Shown one piece after another: positions 21,725 through 33,800 of a DNA stretch of 64,000 nt (positions within the stretch are counted from its first letter, which is position 1; each line of letters starts with the position of its first letter). The DNA is from Selaginella moellendorffii. Its lineage: Eukaryota > Plantae > Lycopodiophyta. The notes beneath the pieces were generated by a model. The model was given only the letters and a program-made list of their open reading frames with translations. It had not been told where the DNA came from and made no database searches. The position numbers and the translations under genes are program-made. The stretch is from the NCBI RefSeq assembly GCF_000143415.4, contig NW_003314262.1:80183-144182 (forward strand), in the 5' to 3' direction.

Positions 21725-24700
21725 ATGGTAAGTCTTTTAGGCCAAGTAGAAAATGGCATGAGGCCACATGCCATTCAGTAGCAACATTGGCATGCACCGA
21801 TTGGGCTCTCGAGTGTAGTCCGGTTACAGATGGCATGTAGTCTCACACCATCTTAGGATGCAGCCTCAAGACATTTGATGCAGTGGTGAATGGCGTGTGG
21901 CCTCACGTTATTTCCAGCTGCTAGCTTTTCATCTGTCAGCTCTAATTGTTGTGCATTTCTGAACAGGCGAGGAATTGCGTTCTTCTTCCAGCCACTGTCA
22001 ATGTGGATGCAGAGAAGGGGGAGGAGCTCACCAGTTGGACTTTCGGGATGGAAGGCGAGGATCTGAGGTTGTACAACACAGATGGTGGGAGAAAAGAATG
22101 CATGGGGATCCTCATCCAAGTGACAGACACTCCATGCAGTTCCATGCAAGAATATGGACTGGCACTTGTGGTAGAGACAGCGTCTGCCTTCAAGATCCAC
22201 CTTGCACATCCTAGCGGCTTCCCGGAGGGGGGCAGCGGGTATGAGGAATTCCTAGAGGGAGCTAGGGAGAGGTTGTCCAGGAGGCCCATAATTTCAAAGA
22301 CGCTACGGCGACGTTCAAAAACTATATTCCAACATTGAGCCGTTGAGAGTGCCTCCAGTTCGCGAAGCGAAGGGGAAGGGGGTCGACCTGGAAACTACCC
22401 CGAAGCAGAAAAGGGTGGTCAAGCTCAAGCCGACGTCCGACTCTCCTCCAAAAAAGAAGCTACTCGGTGATGCCATTGCCTTGGGTTCGAACACTACACC
22501 CACCAAAAAGAAGAGCCGCAAAGAGCAGAAAGAGCAAGAAGAGGCAGCAAAAATCGTCGCAGATAATAGTACTTGTTACTATTCCAACAAAGTATATACA
22601 ATCGACGTGAGCCGTATCGACATCCAAAGCAAATACAACCACAGGCTAGTATCTGATGAGTGGGTGGAGAAACTGAAGCAGAAGATGTTGGCAAGTCTAG
22701 TAACACCCGACATCGCAGACGTGATCCCCTACTACCGAACAATGAAGGGCGAGACGAGGTTTCCAAACTTGATCAATAGGAAGGTGTTGGACGATCAGAA
22801 CATCCAGTTCTATGCCGTCTCCGGGCAGCATTCTAGCTTGGCGATGCAAGAGATAGTTGTGGATATTATGGTTCTCCTACGCGCAGAATGTCAAGCAAGA
22901 AACGTGCTACAAATTGGGTCTGCACGAGACATTGGCACGAACACGGAAGCTTTGGGTTCAACTGAAGAAGCCACAAAAACCAGGACAAGGACGTGCACTA
23001 GCAACTAGCGCCTGGTAGGTAAGCCTCGTTGCATGTGGCATAGCATGTGGCCTCATGCCATTTCCATTGCAGAAATTCTCGAGTCTTCTCTCGAAAACAC
23101 TGGGGGTCAATGACACACTTAGCATCCATAACATTCTACTCGCGACAAAAGTTGTTTTTGAAAAATAGGTAGATGTGCTAAGGAGGTACCATGACGGGGA
23201 GTTGCTAAACTCAATGGGTGTGGAGGACGGCCAGAAGCCCAATGATTTGAAGCTCAACGCCTTGCGTTTCTCGCGGTCTCTAGACGACGACGACCTTCTG
23301 ACAGTGGCTAATGCTCTTCTACGTGGTGAGGTAGTCTTCAACAAGACCAAAATGACTCCCGGCCATATTGTGACATACGAGGACTTGTGCACGACTCTGA
23401 GAGCTCGTGCGCTATTGAAGGATTGGATCTTCGAGCAAGTGGCCGTGGAGAGGGTGAGCATCGACACCACGCAAGAGATGATGGAAGAGCTGGAGTTGTC
23501 AAATGAAGACATCGACGAGTACATGAAGGGGGCCCCCAAGTTCATCGATCTGCTGCGGGATGCCACGAAAAGTAAAGCTGAGAAGTTGGATCAGTATCCA
23601 AATTTCATTAAGAGGGATGTCGACCGCCGGCTTCAGAAACAGCTCGACCCCGCAGCAGAGGCCTATCAAGAACCTTATCGGGTATACGTGAATTCGGATG
23701 AGGATCAAAGGTGGAGGAGCATCATTTCCCGCGGAGATGAGCAGGTCAAGAACATCTTTTGTGTGATGGACTTCACAAACGAGGAGATCACTCATGCAGA
23801 CGAAGTCAGCTCCATCATTGACTTAATGGTGGGACTTGCGGAGGTGGAATCTTCAGTCCACTATATGATCTACGACTCCGAATCCTATCACAAGTTCTGG
23901 AAGGCCTTGAACGAGGTGAAGGCTCGGTTGAAAGGCAAGGAGATGCGGGAAATCTATGGGATAATGGCTAAGAAGAAGATACCGACGAATGTCCGTATCT
24001 TCACACTCGCCCTTGTTATTGGTCCTGCAGCAGAGTGGGACTGGAGTGACTTCCCAGCTTCGTTCGACAAGGCTGATCGAATTGATCTAAGGGAGGTCAA
24101 TTTACCCGTGCCTGAGGAACTGAAGACGGCTATGGAGCTTTCGAATCCAGAGAAAGCTCCAGGTGCAGCATGGGAAATGCTCAGCTGGGTCTTCAACGCA
24201 ATAGCGGGTGGGTCACCTGCTTCCGACTCCAAGGGCAAATGCATTGTCGAGTATAACTGCGGCAGACTATTCTTTCGAGCCGCACTACTCAAGGGTGTCC
24301 CGTGTGTTGCGGTGACAAACTCCATTGAAGAGGTGACTTCAATGGAGCATATAATTACAGTTGCCAAAGAAAAACAGTATCTTCTCTGCGAACCTGGTGA
24401 GTACGCACTTTAAGTTTAAATGTTATCTCACAAGCTCTGTATGCAGGAGCGTGGCCACCCCCAGATGCTGAAACGGCGTTAACAGCTACTGTTGAAGATA
24501 CCCATGTTGGGCCGAGCTCACAACCTGCACAAGGTAAGGTCACGTGAGGCCTCACGCCATTTTGATTATAGATCGTTGTGAATATTCAGACACGAGGACT
24601 GAAAAGCGTACTGGTGGCGCGTCGAAGAAGGACAAACAGACAAGCAATAGGAAAAAAGGAGGTACAAATTATATTTGCAATGGCGTGTGGTCTCATGCCA

Positions 24701-27220
24701 TTCCTTGCAGAAGACACTTCTTCAAAGGCAAAACAGGCAAGCACCAGCCAAGCTCAAACTGACAGTGGTTATAAAAAGCGAAAGCACGTTGGACAGTCGT
24801 CGGGATCAGAGGCGTTTGATTCGAAAAGGAAGAAGGGCAACGAAAAGATGATAGGTAATGCCTCGCGGTTATGGCGTGTGTGCTCATGCCATTCATTGCA
24901 GATCAAGGGCTGAGTGAAAGCAGGCAGTCACCACCTCCTGACTCAGATTCCTATGGCGGACTCCCCTTCCCCAATCTCAATGGAGAGGTACAATGGATGA
25001 GGGATGCTTTTCAAGTCAGGGCCACGTTTTTCTCATCTCGTCGTCTTCGAAGGGTGCAAGAACGTGTAGAAACCATGTTAAGACAGTCGGGTGAGGATAC
25101 GGTCCTAGGTCACGCACTAAAACAAGCTATGGATGTCTTGTATTTTGAGATGGAGACTCGGCTAGATGATTTTCCCAAGATGGTCCTAGAAGAACAAGCC
25201 ATCCAGCCTGAGCAGCCTATGGAAGAAATGCAGGAGGGGGATGAGGAGCCAGAGAAAGATAATGAGCAGGAAGAGCAGAAGGACGAAAAGGAGGACAAAG
25301 AAGAGGAGGACGAAGAAGAGGAGGATGAAGAGGACTTGGATGGTCCTCACAATGGTGACGATCACAATAACGACGACGACGATGATGACGACGATGGCCA
25401 GCCTGAGGTGGCCAAAGAGCAACGGAGGAAGGTCATACAAGACAAACCATCAGGTAAATAATAGTACATCCATTCCTAACCTTTTACCATTTCTAACATT
25501 GTCCATGTAGGTCGCAGAGAAAATGGTAAGTAGAGATTATTCAGTTGAATTTACAAACTCTAGCCTTTAGTGTCGAGGAAGGATAGTGCCAAGCAAGGGT
25601 CGAAACGTATGTCCAATCCTTCAGAATCAGTAGTGCGCCCAAGTGATATCGGTCCTAGTTCCTCAATAGCAGTTGATGGTAAATACAGTATAGTCGATTC
25701 AATGTGCTAATGAGTTTGTTTTTAGTAGCACGGGAGGATACCATCTCAATCGAAGGGAGATATTTGGACATGCATATGGATCCGCCAGTGGACTTTACTT
25801 GCCTGCAAGAGTCATCAGAGCTGGTGGAGGCTACTACCCATATCAACGCCAAGCAAGCTGACCACGCTCCACTTGATGCTGCCCATACCACTGAGTCAAT
25901 CTTGTCCACGTATCCAACTGACGGTGACCAGGCGCCATTGGACCCGCATGAGGCCGCCCCAGCCGCCAAGCCGGTTGTATCCTCATTTCCAACGGACTCA
26001 ACGTGTGCCCAATCGTCTGACTACGCGCCGTTGGAACCTCCCTACACCGCCTCTGCTGCCTGTTCGGTCATGTCCACTTTGCCAACGGAGGCACCAGCTG
26101 AAATGGCGTGTGATCACACGCCATCGGAACCACTCCATGCCACTGTTGAGCCAGTTGTACCAGAGTCTACAGCTGAAATGGCATGTGCCCACACGCCATC
26201 GGATGCGATTGACCCCACATTGCAGAGGAGAGTATTTCCGCCCTTCACGTTTCCTCGACCAAAACCCTCTCAACGACCATCGGGAGCACCATTCGCTAAT
26301 ATTGTAGATGGTAAAATTGACTTGTACCATTTTTTATGCTGACGCATTTCATTTCAGAGTCACGGCGAAGGTACTGTATCATTTTTGATCTGAACGGTGT
26401 CCTTTTCTCCCATGAGCGTGGCTCGTCCTCGAATGTCATTGCACCCTCCAAAGCCTGCGGTCGCAAGTTGGTCAAAAGAGACAAATTCACATTAATCACA
26501 TGGGAGAAATTGCGGGATCTAATAATGACCATGCGACACTTAAAATAGAGGGCCAGGTTCAATTTGCAATTGGGAGTTTGGACATCCATGATGCGCCACA
26601 ATGCATTAACGTTGCTACAGATGATGCACGATCAGACGCAAGTAATATTACCATTTGACTTTCTCCTAACGCAGGAGGATTGCTTGACTATGGTCCATGT
26701 GAGGGGTAGCAAGCCCATCTTCGTCAAGCCAGAGGCTGTAGTGATGAACCGGACTGCTAGGTCAAGTGAAATCCTCATCATCGATGACTCACCGATTAAA
26801 ACTGCAGCGAACACGCACACATATGCAGTGCACCCCATCTCTTGCAGTATGGAAAATAGGGAGAAGAAACCGTATGTTCTGGGGGACCTTGCAAAATGGC
26901 TTGGAGCGATGGTGATAGAGAACCGGCCAGTCCAGGAGGTGGCTGCAGAAATCAACCAAATGGCAGATGGAACAGTATATCAGAAGCCATTTGATCGGAC
27001 ATACACCAGTCATCATTTATGGCATGTATATTGTCTAGCCAAGCACTATCCGCATCTCCATAATCTACTCAACCAGATGGGTTCTTCGACCACTGAACAT
27101 GAGCATGGACATATTAGAGAAGAGATGGCATTACTATTGGGTTTAAATCCTGATAGTGTGGAGAGTGATGAAATTCCAAGATTATTGTATAGGCATTGGA
27201 GGCAAAAAATAACAGTCTGA
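21725..27220 (+). pseudogene. Transposon-borne multi-exon gene: ParB/DGQHR-like domain, N6/N4-DNA-MTase-like fold, acidic and Pro-rich linkers, FCP1/NIF-type HAD phosphatase; disrupted in this copy
   Basis: ORF pieces join through GT-AG introns 23019-23072, 24397-24446, 24534-24589, 24662-24710, 24855-24901 and 26311-26357 with consistent phase. Motifs: IDVSRI..R.VSDEWVEKLK..FYAVSGQHS; NPEKA..GKCIVEYNCG..AALLKGVPCVAV; IIFDLNGVL, GVWTSM, KPIFVK, ILIIDDSPIK. Lesions: frameshifts near 22300 and 22865, and in-frame TAGs near 23016, 23166 and 26546. The 5' exons and the exons at 25454-25728 are unresolved. Confidence 0.7.
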
Positions 27221-27638
27221 GATGGCATGTATTTATTTAAAAATGTAACTTATTATGGCATGGGGTTCCATGCCATTGTATTAATATTAAAAGACAATTC
27301 TTTGAGAGGATTTGCATTATACTAGAAGTGTTACAGCATGTTATTGGAAGTCTACGAAGTTGTTTTATTAATAAGGGGAAAGTAAAGATTGAATGGGGAC
27401 TTGGGCTCCACCTAGACTCGGAGCAACTGAGCCAATATTAAAAGGATGGAAAGAAATTGGACGACGATGACAAGGAGAAGAGAGAGGTGAAGCAGTGGCA
27501 GGGGGAGGAGAAGTGATTGAGTAGACATTTCCTTGTTTAAAATAAAATGGCATGTGCCTCAATGCAGTTGAATTTTGTTATATTTATATACTATATAAAG
27601 GTTTGGAAACTTTATTTTACAAGTGGGATAATGACAAT

Positions 27639-27662
27639 TCCCACTTTAATGAAATAGAGCTT
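27639..27662 (-). repeat. Right terminal inverted repeat
   Basis: tcccactttaatgaaatagagctt. Confidence 0.92.
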
Positions 27663-27895
27663 TAAAGGGATATTGGGAAAGGCTATTCCCCATGTCTATG
27701 GGCATCCTAAGGATGCTAAGGAGTGGATCTGGGAAGACCACTCGTGGACGGATGGCCCAATCCTTGAGAGACGGGACTGTGATGCAAGTGGTATTGGACC
27801 ACCAATGCAGCAAAGGTGAATGGGCATGGCCTTAGTGTAACAGGCCTTGTGACACCCAAATGTGGTACCTTTGGGTGTCGGTCATGGGACCAGAC

Positions 27896-30800
27896 TGTGA
27901 GACACAAAATCCCTAGGCCCCAAAGTGGAGCCGGAAGGGCGCCACATGGTGGTGGCCGAAGCGAGAGCCAAACGAGCGTAACACGTTTGGATCAAAAGCT
28001 CCGACTTGAAAAGTCAAGAGCGGGAGTGGAACTCCCAACGAAGTGCTCGAGGAACGAGCACGAAGCGAGCAAAAGGCGAGGCTCCAAAAAGGGACCCAAA
28101 AGGAGTCCGAGATGGAGTCCGAGATGGACCCGAGATGGAGTCCGAGATGGAGTCCGAGATGGAGTCCGAGGTGGACCCGAGATGGACCCGAAATGGAGTC
28201 CGAGATGGAGTCCGAGATGGACCCGAGATGGAGTCCGAGATGGAGTCCGAGATGGACCCGAGATGGACCCGAGATGGAGTCCGAGATGGAGTCTGAGATG
28301 GAGTCCGAGATGGAGTCCGAGATGGAGTCCGAAGTCAAGACCGAGACCGGAACCGAGACCGGGACCGAGACCGAGACCGAGACCGAGATCGGGACCGAGA
28401 CCGAGACCGAGGCCGAGGCCAAGACCGAGCCCGAGCCCGAGTCCGAGTCCGAATCCGAGTCCGAGTCCGAGTCCGAGTCCGAGTCCGAGTCCGAGTCCGA
28501 GTCTGGAGCCTGAGAGGGTGAAAGCCCAAAGCGTTCGTCTCCCAGACCCTGGGGGGTTTGGTGAGCTCCAAAAGTATAGTAGGGGGAGGACTGCAGTGGA
28601 GCCAGTTTGGCCAGGAAAGGCCAGTTTGGCCCAGGAAGGCCAGACCCAGTGTTGGGTGATGAACTGACCACTGGGAAGTCCAAGACTAGAGTGAATACGG
28701 ACCGACAAGCGGGGTAGCTTGGTGAAGTGTTCAAGAGCCGGCTCTAGTTCCCCCGGGAGATCGACTGGCCGATGCTCCCAGTCCAAGTGTGGGTGGCACT
28801 ACCTACTTGGATACCAGGCGTGGCTCAACGGAACCTCGCTCTAAGCCCATGGCTAGAGCACCTAAAGGCGATAGGTGGGGAGAGTACCCAGGTGGCTCGC
28901 ATAAGGCCACGGTGTTCCGAAATGTTGTCCCAAAGGCCCAGACTGTGGAAAGGAAGAGGAGCAGTCCTCTGGGGTAGTGACCAAGGACACAGTCATGTGG
29001 TGAGGAAGTCCCAGAGGACCGTGGGACTTAGGGGTCGGGTCTGTGGGCCTCGATCCAGTGGCAGTGTTGGCAAACACGGCCAGGGGCAGAAAGGGACTTG
29101 GTAGGAACTGACAAAGGGACTTTGGGGAAGGCAATTCCCCAGGTCTGTGGGCATCCTAAGGATGCTAAGGAGTGGATCTAGGATGACCCCTCGTGGACAC
29201 ATGGCCCAGTCTTGGAGAGACGAGGTGGTGATGCAAGTGGTGTTGAACCACTAGTGCAGCAAAGGTGAATGGGCATGGCCTTAGCGTAACGGGCCGAGAT
29301 GTCAGTGGTACCTTTGGGTGTCGGTCTCAGGACCGGACACGTGGAGCACTTGGACCAGGTGCAAGTGTGGAGTGGCATGGATGCCATTCTTGGGGCTAGC
29401 AAGTCCCAAGTCCTGAATTGGATTGATGGAGGTTGTGAATGAGACTCCTCCAAGTGGTCGGAGGTGTGGTTAAGTGACTAAAGTAGAATGGAAAATTTAG
29501 TTGCTTACAATTTGGTATCGGAGCTGTTCCTTAGTCCGACTTTTATTGGTGCTCAAGTATATCACCACTAGTGTTGGCATCGGAAGGTCCGAGGAGTGGG
29601 CTTATCCTTGAGGAGTAGCAAGTCGGGAAGACATGGCTCTCCATTACAGTTCATGTGTGAACTTGTAGACGAGGTGGTGGATAGAAAAGGGTCAATAATG
29701 GAACGACTTTGGGATCTTGGGAACAGTATATGGTTTTCCTCAAAGAGTTGAGGATGTGATCCAGATGAGCGTTTGACTTAGCAAACTAGCTAATGTAGTT
29801 GTGGTAAACAATTACAATTGGGATCACGGGAAAGATAAAGACTCCAAAGCAATAAAGGAGTCACAAGATTTTCCTCATATAGTTGAGGTTGGTGCTCATG
29901 AATGTGAGACCAGAAGTAATGACCGTGGGAGGTCAAATATGGAAGAGGACTCAAGTCCTTGAAAAGGTAGCCGAGGCTACCTCTAATAAATGCTGGAACA
30001 ACCCCAGGAGTTGGGGGTGTATTAAGTGGATGAGTTGGTGTTCTCATCACATGGACAAGTAGTCCTAAGGGGCAAAGGTTGCCCCCAGAGAACAAAATCA
30101 AGTGTCGGAGTAACACTTGTGAAAATAGTCCTTTTGAGTAGGACAGGAATGCAAGAAGTGTATTCCAGTGAGCTAGTGCCTCACAAGTAGGACCTTATGG
30201 GTCTGTGGATTAACCAAGTCCAAAACTGCTGGATGACTCAAGTAGAGTCAACGGATGGTCCTAAAAGGACTGATGGAAGCATTTGGACTGAGGTGTGTTG
30301 TACCCCACAAAGGATGGGGGGGGATCATAGGATCCAAGGATGAGAACGGAGGGTATCTCATCGATGGCAAAATATGCCATGCTAAAGTTATGGGAAAGGT
30401 GTTCCCAGAAGAAAACAACTTTGACACAAAGTTGTGTATGACCTCTATGGTGTAGTGCTAACGGATGGTTGGCATGAGAAAGAGCGGTGTTGGTCTTGGC
30501 AAAGACTTAAACACGAAGGGGAAGTGTCATAGAGGTAGGCTCGTGGAGCTGATGGTGTGGAGATACCAAATGTGCCAAGGTGTGATACCTTGAGGCTATG
30601 TTGGTGGGTTCATGAGAACCCCTTGCCAAAGGAATCCCAATTGGAATGGGAATGGCATAGCCTAAGCGGCAGAGCATGCAGTTGGAGTGCGGTGACCCAG
30701 ATAATGATGGAGGTGTGCAAGCACCAAGCAATGAGTTGTAGGACTTGACAACCATGAGGCAACTAAGCAAGAGGTGCAAAATAATTGGTTAAACGGGTAG

Positions 30801-33800
30801 AAGGTAGCTACCCAAGACTTCTAGTATAGGGAAGTCGGATATACCCTTACGGGGGATAAGTTGCTTATGTTGTGATATAGTAAGTCAATGTCATAAAAGG
30901 AAATACTCATTGTCAAGAAAGCCATCATTGGGACACCCAAACACTCTAGAACACCAGAAGGTGGTGTTTGATGTCGCGAGGGCAATGGATAAAGCCCAAG
31001 GGACTAAGTCCCTAGCGAATGATGGATAGAAGGTGCTATCCAAATGTCCAAGGTTGGGGAGATAGGAGAGGACTGTCTACCCGAGTTGGACAAAGCCAAA
31101 AATGGAATTTTGGCAAGGTTAGTGATGGGCATGTAAAGGCCCATAAGCAACAATGTAATCCCAGTGTGTTGGATTATAAGGTGAGCATACCCGGATTGAG
31201 GAACCACTCCCTAGGCTATTGGGTAGGTTCATCCCTAAGAATACTTGCTAAGGCATGATAGAAAGTGCAAAGCTATCCTCCTGGTCTGGAGGAGAATGAC
31301 CAAAGGAAAGGTGTGAAGCCAAAAAGCAAGAAGTAAGGGGATAGAACCGAACCATAGGAATCAAAGGGCATAACCAAGGTTGGTTATGCCAGCTGGGAGT
31401 GGAGAATCAAGAGGGTGCTCGAGGATGTTGTTGCTAGCAACCGTGATGCCATAGAGAGTCTAAAATATGGAATTGTCCATGTTAGACTATATGGCAACTA
31501 TAAAGCTTGCGAAAGGGGAGGCCTTAGCAAGTTGAGGGACAGAGTTCCTTCAAGGTTCCCAAAGACGATTCTAGGTAGCGTAGTACCTAGAAAGGCCAAG
31601 TGTAAATGGTTCATGGAACGCGCGAAATCAGAGTGGCGTAGCAGAAGCGTGGTCTTGAAGCTTGCCATGAGGCAAGGTTATCAAGGTTAGGGAAGTAATT
31701 CCCGAGTGTTCAAAGAGAGGGCTTTGAACGAAAGTCGATGGTCAAGGACTTTCACGCTTATGCAGGAACCATGTTACAATGGTCGGAGAACTTGCCAAGT
31801 GAGATTGGCACGTCGGGGGAACAAAGACCTTAGTTGAAGGTGATAACTTCAAAAAGGGTGGGCCATGGGGCCGAGCATGGAGGAGTCCATGCATGATCAC
31901 AGACATGTCAAGTGAGAGGACTTGGCAGTGTGGAGGAACTAGGTTCCTAAGCTGTGATCTGTAGCGCGCTTTAAAAATAAGTTGGTGCACCGGCGTGGGG
32001 AGTCACGCCAGGCATCTAGTGTGATGCCGTCCGTAGATGCATATACGGAGGTTGGGTTCGAGTCCCGACCCTCTAGTGCTTGGGTTCAAGTCCCAAATCA
32101 CTAGGGCGTGGTGATGGTTTGGAATATGAGGACACTCATATTTCGGTGGTCATGGACTCTCAGTGGGGAGACTGGTTTGGGCACACCGCCAAGCGAGGGA
32201 TGCCTCGGAGTCGTGATGCACGGTTAGATTTCTTAGTGTGAAAGCTCAGCATATCTAACTTGAACACTTTGGTGCAAGTGGCACCAAGGTCGTGGTGAGT
32301 GAGATGGGGACACCTAATCTCAGTTGCTATGAACCCTTGGCCGTAAGGGCTAGCTTGGGTGCACCGCCAAGTGTGGGGGATGCCCCCGGGGTTATAGTCA
32401 ACAACTTGGAGGTCTAGAAAACCAAGTACCTTTTGGCAACTTTGTTAAGGTGCCAAGGTGAGATCACTAGGTGATCTTATGGCCAGATAAGGACAAGGTC
32501 CTTGGTTGGCTAAGGAATGAAGTTCCTGGTTCAAAAGGTTGAAATTGAACTGTTTAAGGTGGTGTGGCTTGGTCGTGATAACCAAGTGGGAAGAGCACCT
32601 AAGGGAAATAAACTATGTCCGTGCGATGGCATAGTGAGTTCGAGGAAAGTAGTCTCTATAAAAGACCCATGGGAGGGTCATGAAGTTGGGCCGTGGATAG
32701 AGCCCATAGCAGAAGATGCTAAAGAGACGTACTAGGGGTGAACATCCTCCGGACTTGGCAAAGAAGAGTCTTTGCTATGGAACCGAAACAATACCTCAAG
32801 GAGGGAGGTAGAGATTCAATGTTGCTTGGTGCAACAATCAACGGATAGGAGCAAAAGATGAGTGGCCAAGATAGGGCCGTGGAATCCCTTGGAAGGAATC
32901 CAAGTGACAAAGTTAGGCGAGGAACACTAATGTGTTGGACGCTAACAAGTTGCGGGAAAGGAAGTGTGTTTCCAAGGAGGGATTCCGAAATGCTCCGAGT
33001 TGGCGAAAGTGGAAGCTCCAAGGGAGGGAGTGGTAAGGTAGCCAAATGATAGGGCCATGAACAACCCTAGCACAAAGTATGATAACTGGGACTTTGGCAC
33101 GAAATAGAAGAGAGGATGATGGTGCCCTCGAGTAGAGAACTTCCTAGGATGGGAAGTGGAGTTGCACAAAAGGTGCAAGGCAAGGTGTCGGAGACACCTA
33201 GGAAATTGACTCCAAGAAGTCAAAATTCAAAGTTCCAAAGTGCAAAGGTTATATCGATGGAAATTGAGACTACTCGAGAAGGAGTAGTGGGATTGACTTA
33301 GAGAAGGGTCTCTAAGAGGTTTAGCGAGAACTAAACCAATAAAAGGAGAGAACCATTACATGTTGTCCAATCAGTCTCTAAGTTGGAGAGACTACGCTCC
33401 TTAAAGGATGGACAAGGCATGGTGAGCCTTTGATGTCAAACCATAGACAAAGATTGGCTAGGTGCCAAGGATGGAAATGGTAACACGTGTGGGTGTTACT
33501 TTATGAAAGGGTTTACCGTTCGATGAGGACATCGAACTTCGTCTATGGGTGGTGGAGTTGTGAGACACAAAATCCTTAGGCCCCAAAGTGGAGCCGGAAG
33601 GGCGCCACATGGTGGTGGCCGAAGCGAGAGCCAAACGAGCGTAACACGTTTGGACCAAAAGCTCCGACTTGAAAAGTCAAGAGCGGGAGTGGAACTCCCA
33701 ACGAAGTGCTCGAGGAACGAGCACGAAGCGAGCAAAAGGCAAGGCTCTAAAAAGGGACCCAAAAGGAGTCCGAGATGGAGTCCGAGATGGACCCGAGATG

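Larger units (their letters stand above)
15357..27568. repeat. Dispersed 22-bp palindrome ATGGCRTG-N6-CAYGCCAT, about 24 copies
   Basis: Starts at 15357, 15673, 15762, 15816, 17171, 17228, 19065, 19135, 19171, 19343 (perfect), 19441, 20056, 20985, 21753, 21830, 21890, 23040, 24539, 24680, 24871, 26103 (perfect), 26178, 27255, 27547. Confidence 0.92.
15131..27662. mobile_element. 12.5-kb Sola-like (DDD) DNA transposon with a second, divergent gene
   Basis: 24-bp TIRs with 1 mismatch (AAGCTCTATTTC[G/A]TTAAAGTGGGA). 4-bp TSD TAAA at 15127-15130 and 27663-27666. The empty site is visible in the A1 3' LTR (aactgacaaagggatattggg, ~46070). Encodes a Sola-type transposase. Confidence 0.88.

Noticed and set aside
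15357-27568. Palindromic repeats as a CRISPR array or REP elements
   Set aside because: Irregular spacing, no spacer structure, no cas genes, and eukaryotic intron-containing context.
15130-27663. Alternative boundary with 25-bp TIR and 2-bp TSD, or CACTA assignment
   Set aside because: No CACTA termini, and the transposase motifs plus a 4-bp AT-rich TSD fit Sola better; a 1-bp ambiguity remains.
32050-32096. tRNA gene or SINE
   Set aside because: Only T-arm hairpins; no acceptor, D or anticodon arms and no poly-T terminator or tail.
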